64,000 nt of DNA from Azolla caroliniana (taxonomy: Eukaryota; Plantae; Polypodiophyta): positions 4,836,001 to 4,900,000 of the forward strand of contig JBHGNT010000008.1 of assembly GCA_043228905.1 (NCBI GenBank), given 5' to 3'. Both the position numbers and the translations under genes were made by a program. This document shows, one piece after another, positions 1 through 11,381 of the stretch. Within the stretch, counting starts at the first letter, position 1. Each line of letters opens with the position of its first letter. The notes below the pieces were generated by a model, which ran no database searches, was not told the origin of the DNA, and saw only the letters and a list, made by a program, of their open reading frames with translations.

Positions 1-509
1 CCTGGTTGAGGAAAGTACCGACTTTGTGGAAGCCTCGTGCCAAAACTACAAGGTTCTGGTCAACAATAAGCGGGCCGGAAAGACCGGAGGAGTGGGCCCT
101 TCGGGGAGGTATGACACCTGGAGCGGACCCATTCAAGAGAAGGAGAAGGCCAAGGTTCCGAATCTCTGGTTAAGCTCGGAAATAGAGAAAACAACGGACC
201 TATGAAAGGTCCTAGAGGAACGAATCCTCGATAGTCGTGTAGAACTCACACTGAGAGAAGTGCTAGGCATAGCAAGGAGAGAGTTCCAAGATAGCATTGT
301 GGATCTCGTAAAAAGGAAGCGTCTCGCGATGGAGCCGGAACCAGAGAAGCCGGTCGAAGAAAGGGTAGCGCTGCTCGACGAAGTGGCCACGGAGGACGAG
401 CTTGCGGAAAGCCACTATACAAGGCCGCAATGGGTAAGAGCAACGACAGAAACCCCGGTTCATATCGGGGATGTGAAGAAACTAGTGGTGGCGTTGATCG
501 ACCACGAAT

Positions 510-3500
510 AACACCGGGACATTTGAAACAGGTAATATGTCGCATTTTGAGAACTGTCCATCAAAAAATGACACAAATTAGGGTGATTCACAAAAAGGGG
601 TGCCGCATGCGTAAAGGAATTTTAAAAATGACCCAAAAATATATTGATTTTTAACATGTACGGAAATTTAGGTGTTCAAAAAAATGCCTAAATAATGGAC
701 ATGCCAAACTTACAAATGAATGTCCAAAATGACTAACCCCAATATTTATAGAAATTCTGAATCCAAATCTTGATGTGCAATACAATATTTATAGTTAACG
801 TATCAAGACAATCATTTTTCAAGTTTATGTCATCATCTTCATACCCATTAGATGAACTAGTACGAGTTTATGAGGTCTCATCCTCATCATCAATGGCAAC
901 TAATGCATTGTGTTGATCCAATTGCAATCCAACCTCATCGAGTTTATGAGTCATGCTTCTTGTTTGTCTTTGTGTTGTGTCTGAAGCCACATTCCAGATC
1001 CTCTTTTAGTATCTTCATTGTGGTCTGTCACAGATAACTTGTTTTGGTCAAAGATAAGTCATACACTAATATATAAACATTATCCAATGTAAGAGTAGAT
1101 GTGCTTGATGCATCTTTCCTCCTCACTTTTTGGTTATGATATTTCATTATGTACTTTCCATTTACAAGATTAGGTTATGTGAGAGAAGCTTTCTACCAAA
1201 ATCATTAGAATCTAAAAAATGTCTTAAAGATGTTTTCCATTTTTCTTAGATTCTCATAGTAAGCCTTTGATGTCGTACAGAAATCCGATTCATTCCATCT
1301 AGATTTGACGCAACATGTCGAATTTTACTCTATACATCTAGAATTGGATATAATGCATCAGATTCCTGTTAGTCTTGGAATTTTTTTAAAAATTTCCATT
1401 AAAAAAATACTCTTGCATTTTAATGCATTGCATTGAATTCTAGCTACATAGACTAAAATATGATACATTGCATGGATTTCCCGAAAATACATAAATAAAT
1501 ACAAATTGAAAAAATAAAACATTTTCCAATAAATAAATAAATAAACATTTTTTATTTTACTCGTAAATAAATAAATAAAAATTGAAAAATTAGATTTCAA
1601 TGGAAATCCAATTCTGTGCATCGGATTCAATTGAAAATCCAATTTCTCTTATTTTTTTGAAAATTTTCTTATTTCTTGAATTGTTTTTGAATTTGTTTTT
1701 ATTTTTCCCATAAAAAAATAAATAAAAATTGAAAAAATGGATTTTCAACGGAAATCCGATGCACTGCATTGGATTTTGGTTGAAAGTCCACTTTTACGTA
1801 TTTTTTTCCAAATTTGCTTTTTTTTTTTAATTTTTTTGAATTTTTTTGAATTTTTTCTATAAAAAATAAATAAATATTGAAAAAATAGATTTTCAATGGA
1901 AATCCGATGCACTGCATCGGATTTCCATAGAAAATCCACTTTTTCTTATTTTTTTCCAAATTTTCATAGTTTTTAGAATTTTTTTGGTATTTTGTTTGTC
2001 TATTTTCTAATAAATAACTATATAGAAATTGAAAAAATGAATTTTCAAAGGAAATTTCTATTGAAAGTCCACTTTTTGCTATTTGTTACCAATTTTCATA
2101 TTTTAAAATATTGTTTTGTGTTTTTAAAATTTTTTTTCATTTTTTCCCATAAATAAATAAATAAAAATTGCAAAAAATGGGTTTTCAACAGAAATCCGAT
2201 GCACTACATCGGATTTCTATTGAAAATCCATTTTGTCTTATTTGTTTCCAATTTTTCAGATATTTTGAATTTGTTTTTGTATTTGTTTTGAATGTTTTTT
2301 GTTTTTATCATAAATAAATATATAGGAATTGAAAAAAATGGATTTTCAACGGAAATCCGATGCACTGAATCAGATTTCCATTGAAAGTCCACTTTTTCTT
2401 GTTTGTTTACAAATTTTCTTATTTGTTTATATTTTTCTCTAAAAAAGTGTTAAAAATAAACAAATTGTGATTTTCTCCATTTAAAATGATGTGTTTTCAA
2501 CGGATTGCATCGGATTCCCGTTGAAAACATATCATTTTCAACAGGATTTTCAATGGAAATCCGATGTAGTGCATCGGGTTTCCGTTCAAAATCACTGAGT
2601 TTCAACAGAAATCAGATGTAGTGCATCGGATTTCCGTTGAAAGTCCAATATTTTTCTTATGTTTTTTCATAAAACATTAATTTGCAATTGAAATCCGACT
2701 CAATGGTTCAGATTTTGTTGAAAATGTAATATTTTTTTATTATCTCATTGTTTTATGAAAAACCTAAAAGAAATTTGGATTTTTAATTGAAATACGATGT
2801 AGTGCATTAGATTTCAGTTGGAAATCCACTTTTTTAATATATTTTTATTTATTTTTTGAAAAAATGAAAAACAATTGAAAAGAAAGAGGATTGCCAGCTA
2901 AAATCTGATGCAATGCATCAATGTCTAACTGTATAGACTACGATCTAATGTAGTGTATCGGATTTCAGTTGAAAAGCCGTTTATTATTTTTTTATATGGA
3001 AAATAAATAAATAAATAACATTGGAAAAAGAAAAAAGAAAAATGGATTTTCCACTCTAATCCAACGCATTGCATTAGATTCTAGCTATATATACTAAAAT
3101 ATAATGTAGTGCATAGTATTTTAGCTGAAAATCCATTTTTTATTTTTTAATGGAAATTTTTTTTAAAATTACAAAAAAAAAAACTTGGATTTTCAACTGA
3201 AATCTAGTGCATCGCATTGGATTCCAATTAAAAATCCAAGATTTTTTATTTTTTCAAATTTTATTGTTTCAAATTTTCAATGGGTTTTAGATTAGTTTTC
3301 TGACACAGGTATATAATATAAAACTTACATCAATTTAGATTAACGTTATATTCTATTCTTCAGTTTGATGTTACCTGTGCAATTTCATTCTACTGTCATG
3401 TACTACTAAAACATATGCCTTAAAGATTATCAGGAACTCTGTTGCATTAGAGAAGGACCTTGAGCAAGTTAATGTCATCAAAATGAGGATCCAAGGTATC

Positions 3501-4419
3501 TGGGGTTGTCTTGATCAAGACCAAGAAGTTGGGGCAAAGCATATCAATAAAACTTAGATGTTCCAGATGACTTTTAGAAAACTTGTGGAACTATAGATGA
3601 AGACGCAGGGCAACTTGTTGAATTAGAAGACGTTTCAGAGTCTGAACATACTAACAATTCAACTTAGTGTACTGACGAAGCCAATGAGGACAATCCTGAT
3701 GAAAGAGCTAATCCTGAGTAGACGGCTTTACCAGACTTATTATTCGATTGAATGGTTATGGCTTATTGTAAATTTTGAACAATGTGAATTGTTAAATTTT
3801 GACGTAATATATAAGTTGAGCTTACTTATAATTTTCATGTAACAATCATTGAACTTAGAAATTAAGTATACTTGTATGTGTACATGTTATCTAAACTCTC
3901 CTTTATCATTTGGGGTATATCGGAGATAAGTTTATACTCTATCATTTACTCGTATGATTGGAATGTTATTGTAGACTAGTTTATTTATACATTGACAGTG
4001 TCATGTATCACGTGTCAATGGAAATTTTCTCTTGACATAGTAGTATCTCTTAATTGCAAGGTTCACAATTTGCTTTAAGATGTATTATATTTAAATATAC
4101 ACACATAATTAGAAGAAGTCACTTATTCAATGGGACATGCTTTTTAGAATATGCACAAGGACCCGTGTTACTATTATACTTGTGTTGACAAATACACTCC
4201 TGTCTAAGATTTGGACAAAAACATGGTAGATAGAATATACGTCGGATGATTTTGTTGACGTGATATTAGTTAGTTCTTTTTTTCGCTATGTTTTCATAAA
4301 CCACATACACATGCGTCGTGCCTTGTTGAAATTCTGCTTAAATAAGGCATTTTTTAACATCTCGCTAAGATATGAAAAAGAGAATGCGACATATTACCTG
4401 TTTCAAATGACCCGGTGTT
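510..4419. mobile_element. Unclassified TIR DNA transposon, non-autonomous or decayed, inserted in the G1 protease motif
   Basis: TIRs of about 37 bp (AACACCGGG[A/T]CATTTGAAACAGGTAATATGTCGCATT) at 510-546 and 4383-4419. Flanks GAAT/GGAT suggest a 4-bp TSD. Removing the element restores ...gac cac gga tcg gaa att aac (DHGSEIN). Confidence 0.88.
1590..3240. repeat. Array of about 14 imperfect palindromes (about 55 bp) separated by AT-rich spacers
   Basis: Core GGATTTTCAAYGGAAATCCGATGCACTRCATCGGATTTCYATTGAAARTCC recurs at about 1738, 1887, 2178, 2339, 2541, 2600, 2777 and 3186, among others. Confidence 0.85.
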
Positions 4420-7400
4420 GGATCGGAAATTAACCAAATATCCATGGACTTCTACAAAAAGGGGAAATGACTAATCAACACCAAGCACAGGTGGAAGATA
4501 CGTGCGGCTATGAGGGCCACGGAAGAGTTGCACGGAGCATGTCCGAATGTCAGAGTAAGTGTCGGGGATTTTGAGATAGACCAGCACTTTTTCGTGCAAG
4601 AGACATCTTCCCATCCGGTCATCCTCAGCGAGCCATACATCACGGCAGCTCGAATGGAGACCAAAGTGCTAGACAATGGTTCGGCCTACGCGAGGGTGAA
4701 GAGTCAGGACAGCTGTCACTCCGTCCAATTTTTGACAGTGCAGCAAAATCATGAGCATAATCGAGACACCCTCGGCAATAACGGTCGAGAGAATTTTTAG
4801 AAAGGACTATCAAGGCGTGGTGCCACGCTAGCCCGGACGACTAGAACAAACCCCACTTGTACAATAGGAAGGACAGTTTTGTTCTCCGATAACTGAGGTT
4901 GTACCATTACCGGCATTAGCGGCCGAGAAAGGAAACGAGCTGAGGCGCGCTTAAAGGTGTGCGGAGCCATGGGCCACGACGAGGGAATCGGCAACGCCAT
5001 GGAGGTGGTCTCATTTGATGACACCCTTGGAGAAATCGAGAGGGTAGTCGAAGGAGGCGTAAGTGGAGACTAGGTGATACTGGTTAACTCAGTCGAGATG
5101 TACGAAGTCATTGCAGACTTCAAAGGGGAAACCGGGGTGCATCGGACCACCCACGTGGACAACAAGTACAAGACTGTGGACCGGAAGGTGAAGCCAGTCA
5201 CGGCTCCCTTGCCGAAGGGCAGCTGGGAACGAATAAAGAGGGTTACTACCGACCCAAGCTTGTGAGATTCGGCCGGCATAGGACACCGGTTCATTGACAA
5301 GACGCTATGAGAGCTGAAGATAGGTGGGGGTGGTTTCCTACTGTCCGCTGAAGAGGACCAGTTCAAGAGGATGCTCGAGAGGCACGGTAAAGCCTTCGTA
5401 TTCTCGCCGGGAGAGATTGGGTGCACCGACCCGACCATTGTCAAACCCATGGTAATCTTTACGATGCCGCACGTGCCATGGAGTCTCAAGCCAATTCAAG
5501 TACCAAGAGCTCACATTCCGATGTTGATGGAGCTTCTTAAGCAGAAAGTGGAGTTGGGCATCCTTGAACCATCGACTGCCCCTTACTCCAACCGGTGGTT
5601 TATAGTACCAAAAAAGAATGGCACGCGACGCTTCATTCATGACTTGCAGCCGGTCAATAAGGTGACCATTCACAATACAGGAATCAGACCGTCAATCGAT
5701 GAGTTCGTGGAAGCCTTAGTCGGGAGGTCCATATACTCTGTCAGAGACCTATACTCGAGGTACGATCAATTCCGGCTAGCCGTCGAAAGCAGGGACATCA
5801 TGACGATGTGAACCCCTCACGACTTAGTTCGGATGTGTACCCTACCGCAAGGAGGAACCAACTTGGTGGCACACATGGTGAACGCGATGAACAAGGTATT
5901 GAGGGACTGCATCCCGGACATGACCATGCCATTCCGGAGGACACGAAGGATGAGTCAACCAGAGCAAACGGATGCCGAAGGTTTGTCACGGACCACATCT
6001 CCGATTGCGAAAAGATACTATAGAGGCTTGAGGGCGCTCAACTTACTTTTTCCAGGGAGAAGTCGGCTTTCGGACAACCAGAGATCTTAGTGGTCGGCCA
6101 CCTATGCGGGCCGTATGGTCAAAGGTCGTCCCCGGCAAAGGTAGAGGCCATCTCGGTAATGAAAGATGAGTGCGGATCCGTCACGGAGGTCCGGCATTTC
6201 CTGGGAGCATGCACCTTTTACCACATCTAGATACCACACTACGCGCATGTCACCGGGCCACTCTACGGCTTGCTAAAGAAAGGCAAGAATTTCGAATGGG
6301 CCGAAGAGCACATGGGGGTTGTCCGAAGACTAAAACAAATGCTTACAAATGCTTACAACTGCTCCGGCTTTATGGAGAGTTGTATACAAACCAAACACTC
6401 CGGTTTACATCACGGTAGACACTAGCCCGATCGGAATCGGATGGGTCGTAAATTAGGAAGATGAGAACGACACGCATTTCCCCATCTGGTTCGGCGCGAA
6501 GGTATTGAGCGAGCGGCAGCGAGGATATGCCCATGTCAAGCGTGAACTATGGGGTATCGTGTCGGCGGTTAAGGTCGACAAGGACTACTTAATCGTGACA
6601 GAAGTGATTGTAGAAACGGACTGCGACAACACCATGGCCGATATGCTTTCCAGAGTGAGGTTTGAGAATGAGGACAACATGGTGTCAGAAGACGAAGAGG
6701 TCGGCGCGGACTTCTTCAAACCAGCACGGATGAAGGTAAATAGGCAAAGCACTCCGCCCCTAAACGAGTTAGACGAGGACGACTACGATGGGGAGTGGCT
6801 TCTAATCGGAAGGTTCCTAAGAACGATGATGACGGACGCATCATGGACAAGGGAGGAAGCGAGCTGACTCCGGAAGAAGGCGTACAAGTACTTCCTACGA
6901 AACGGGAAAATCTGGAGGCATTCGAAGAAGCGGAACGACGTGCAACTCTAGGTAGTAACGCGAACCGAGGATCAAACGAAGCTGATATCAGAGTTCCACG
7001 AAAGCCCTTGGTCCGGGCATCGGGGTATAAGGGCCACGTTCGAGAAACTAAAGGGTAAGTACTGGTGGCTTGGAATGTATAAAGGTGTACACCAATTCGT
7101 GTCAACATGTGAGAGCTGCCAAATGCACTCAGTGGTTCGACACCGCGACGAGTTGCACCCAACGTACCCGTCGGCCATACACTTCAAGTGGATGGTCGAC
7201 TTGGTGACGATGCCAATGGGAGTCAGAAAGATGTGATACCTGGTGCTAGCAAGGGAAGATCTGACAAACCAGGTGGAGGGTCAAGCGTTGACAAACAAGA
7301 CCACCGCGGCCGTGTGCAAGTTTCTGATTGAAGATGTCATCTTCCGGTACGAGTGCGTAGGGAAGATTGTGGCCGATCAAGGAGAGTTGGATGCGGAGGA

Positions 7401-8186
7401 GGCCAAGGAACTATTTGACCAACTAGGGGTGAAGTTTACCCTCACAATGGCGTACAACCCAGAAGCAAACGGGAAGGTCGAGCGGCGCCATGGACTGATC
7501 GTAAAGGCCATAGTACGCGCATGCGAAGGACGAGTCAGCAACTAGCCGAGGCTACTCCCTTACGCACTATGGGCGGACCGGACTACTCACAGTTTGGTGA
7601 TCGGGTACATGCTTGCAGAGCTCATGTTCGGGCATCCATCATGTCGGTGGAACGAACGATCACCTCCTAGATGGCGGTCAATTGGGCCGATAAAATGAGC
7701 CAAGAAGAGTTGTTGGTAGCACGCATCCAACAACTCGAGTGAAGGCCGGAAGATGTGGAACAAGTGACAATGAGGGTAAAAGAGGTACGGAATCGAAACA
7801 AGTCCAGGTTTGACCAGATACACCGACTTCAGCCAAAGAAGATCGAGGAAGGCGACTGGGTGTTGGTCTACGACATCAGACTCGACAACCAGCATCGGTC
7901 TACGCGTAAGTTCGCAAAACAGTGGTTTGGGTAGTACGTGGTGACTTGTGCAAACGACAACGTGACATACCATCTCGCGGAGCTTGACAGAACCTAGATG
8001 ACGACACCGGTAGGAGGGAAGCGGATAAAGGCCTTCCAAAGGTGGAACAAAGCGGAACCAGACCCGACGATGGGAATTGAAAGCGATGACTCAGACTGGG
8101 AGGACGAGTAATGGCTAGCCCTGGAATCCTCCACTAAACGCGCTACCTGGCACATACCAGAGGATGTGCGGTTTGGTGGGGGTGGA

Positions 8187-8979
8187 TGTCATGAAGATTC
8201 CAAGCCATCGGGGGAAACCTCGCCAAATTCATGGGAACGCGGGTGTGCACAAGTGCACCCCCTTTCTTTTTTATGTACTAATTTATGTAAGTACTAGGTG
8301 TCGATAGGTTTTGTGAATTGCTAGGAAGTTAGGCACTATTAGAGGATTTGATATCGCGTGGGTAGGGGTGAGGAAACAAAGGTGAGATAGCGAGAGCACA
8401 TCAAGAACATAATCTAGGAGAGAATATCGAGGAGTCATTAAACCATATGTAACGACTACTCCTTGTGCTATAAAAGGGGCAGCCTCAGCCTGTTTGAGGG
8501 ATCGTTCTTTTATCTTTCTTGACAAGCAGAGGACACTGCGGAACAGGAAGAAGTAGCTCGCTCACTCGTTCTCTTCCGACCCTCTACGACCAAACCTTGG
8601 GAGGAACCCTCGGCTTGCGTCAAACGCCCGCGCACTCCCGGCTAGAGGTCCCCTTTTTTTCCGTGTGTTTGCTCTAGAGCTCGAAGCCCTGTTCCCGGCT
8701 CTGACCGGTTGTATTCCATGCGCTTCACGTATGCGTCCTAACTACTATTGACAATCTATTCCGTTGTTTTACTTTTTTCCCGTGTGTCATTCTCGCATTG
8801 TTATTCTCTCGTACTGCATTAAGTAAACTTACGACCACCTCCTTCCTACTCCTCTTTGTCTGATTCACGGTGTTTGTGTGTACACGATTTGCGAGCCTCT
8901 TCCTCCTTTCTCAATTCCTTGGTTCAAGACCCCCATGGTCCTGCCCTGTTTCTACGCATCCGCACGAAATACCGTGACA
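8187..8979 (+). repeat. 3' LTR of gypsy G1
   Basis: TGTCA...TGACA ends, directly after the PPT; TATA-like CTATAAAAG at about 8468. Confidence 0.85.
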
Positions 8980-9087
8980 ACGTAAAGTTGTGTATTCGGT
9001 GTATTTGTTGTGTTTATGTCTTTCTGAGATATTGTCAATCATAAAGTCGGCCCTTCTCATGAATCAAAGGGAGCAAATCCCTTCACA
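8980..9087 (+). repeat. 3' end of another LTR that hosts G1 and itself interrupts G3 pol
   Basis: Ends in ...CCCTTCACA directly against minus-strand G3 coding sequence (VCAFYHIWIPHYAHVAEPL, 9088-9146). Confidence 0.5.
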
Positions 9088-9146
9088 GATAATGGCTCGG
9101 CGACATGAGCATAGTGTGGAATCCAAATATGATAAAAGGCACACAC

Positions 9147-9866
9147 TATCGTGAAGATTTTCGACAACGGTGTGAAAATTGCGAGGAATGTACAAAATCG
9201 AGTGTGGTTCTTCACACACAACATAAAACAATAATAGTGAAGATACTATTTTATACTAGTTTAATATCTTGGTACAAAAAGATGGAGTTCCTCAAGAGCT
9301 TTCGAATACACTTTACCACATAATAAACGGACAACTAAGTGGCAAGTTATGTGGGTATGAAGATTGCGAAGAAGAAGAGAAAAAACAAAACTATGAGATA
9401 TCCCACATAGACCAGACGGAGCTGGCGAGACGGCAAGCCAAGTCCTTTCCTTAGAAGCTATATTCTTTATCATTATACTTTTACATGTAAATTCTTATAC
9501 ATGAGAGCTTAGATGATTACATGGCAAGCATGCATTTCATGCATTATGTGTATGTCTTGTACCCTCACATGCACCATATGCATGGGGGCATCTATAAAAG
9601 AGTGGAGGAATCAAGCAGATGAAACTAATGAAAAATTTCTAGAAAAATAAGAAACTTGTAATCCTATTGTTGATGTATCTTCTCTCTTAAATCTAAAAGT
9701 TAAAAGCTCAATCTTTATCTCAATATCTGTCTTTCATCATATCAATACCTCTCAATCTATCTTAAATACTTTCTCGCTAAAGTTAGTGCAAACTTTGAAT
9801 CCTTCCGGTTCAGGACCCCAGTGGTTCCGCCTCACGATCCGCATGTAGTGACGGATCTTCACGACA
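9147..9866 (+). repeat. Solo gypsy LTR inside G3 pol
   Basis: Inverted ends T(A)TCGTGAAGA...TCTTCACGACA; U5 motif shared with the other gypsy LTRs; G3 coding continues on both sides; no TSD seen. Confidence 0.75.
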
Positions 9867-11381
9867 ATGTTGCTAAGAATCTTTGCACCTCTGTCTGGGA
9901 TATACATTCTTCTCGCATCTCTTGAATAGCATTCACCTTCTCAGGAGAGGGTTTCCATCTGTATGGTCCGCAAAGGTGTCCCACTACTAGGACCTCGCGT
10001 TGGCCGAATGCCAACTTTTCTCCGGAGAATGTGAGCCCTACTCCTTCTACTCTTTGTAGCAGTCTCTCACAATTTTCAATATGGTTTGGAACAAATCTTC
10101 GACATCCATCTTGATCTAAAGACTCGTCCTTTTCTGATTCAAGGCACCCTTTTATAGGGATATCATCGAGGAAAGGTATCATAATATGTGGGATGCAGTC
10201 TCTTAGTACTTTGTTCATGACATTCACCATGTGTGCTACAGAGTTAATTGCACCTTGAGGTTGGGTGCACATCCGTACCAATCCAATTGGGGTCCTCATT
10301 GTTGTGATGTCTCTGTTGTCGACTGCTAGTTGAAACTTATCGTAGCCTGAGTAGGGATCACCAATAGAATAAATGGACCTTCCCGCAAATGCTTCTATGA
10401 ACTCATCCATACTTGGATCAATCCCAGCATTGCAGATCGTCACTTTATTCACTAGTTGAAGATCTTGTATGAACCTTAAGGTTCCATTCTTCTTTAGTAC
10501 CGTGAACCACCTATTCGAGTAAGGAGCATTCCACGACTCCAAAATTCCCATCTCGATCTTCTCTTTCAAGAGATTGCTTAATTTTGGAATATGCACTCTT
10601 GGGACCGGTATCGTCTTCAGGTTCCAGAGCACATGTGGTATTGTGAATATCACCATCAGTTCTATCATCCTTGGATCGGCGCATCCGATTTCATTTGGAT
10701 AGAGAGCAAATGTTTTCCCATGTCTTTCGAGCATTTCCCAAAATGTGACTTCCTCTTCTGGTAAGAGAAATTCATCTTTCCCGACAATAAGCTTTTCTCT
10801 TGTCTCTTTATTGAAGGCATGTATGATTCCTGTCAAATCCTGTAGGCTTGGATCCTATGCAACTTCCTTCATTCTTTGCCAGCTATCCTCATGTAGCGGA
10901 ATAGCAACAAGCTTTACTTTCTTGTACATCGTTTTGTATTTCGTATTAACTTCGACTTTCCCTGCCATGATACTTTGATTATACTCGTTGATGGCCATGT
11001 ACATCTCAATGGAGTTTATCTGAATTGATCGTTGCCTACAAGGGCCCAAGTCCACGACATTCTCCATTTCGCCAATGGTGTCGTTAAATGAGGCTTCCTC
11101 CATAACCCATTTGATGCTTTCATCGCTTTCCAATATTTGTTCTTCTCTTAAAGCTTCCTCGTAGCTTTGCATCCGAGACTTCTCTTCTTTGCAAATGTGT
11201 TGATTTTGCACACTCCATTAGGGGCTACGTACAACCCTCCTTTCGCAAATTCGTGAACTTCTCTTTCTTCTTGGGGCATATGCTTGTTTGGACTATTCAC
11301 GCCCCGCTTGCAAATAGCCCGACCAAAAAATCTGAAGCATCTTCTCCGAGACTATCCCGATTCCTTTCGTGGTTGGCACGT

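Larger units (their letters stand above)
1..8979 (+). mobile_element. Decayed Ty3/gypsy LTR retrotransposon G1 (gag end, protease, RT, RNase H, integrase, 3' LTR); 5' part lies outside the window
   Basis: Protease motif ALIDH|GSEIN is split by the TIR insertion. RT motifs YSNRWFIVPKKNG and MCTLPQG are present, with FLDD deleted near 5932. Integrase motifs SGHRGIRATFEKL and AYNPEANGKVER are present. Many stops and frameshifts. PPT GGTGGGGGTGGA precedes the LTR. Confidence 0.92.

Noticed and set aside
1590-3240. Palindromic repeats with spacers resembling a CRISPR array
   Set aside because: Repeats are degenerate, spacers are homologous low-complexity AT tracts, the context is eukaryotic and no cas genes are present.
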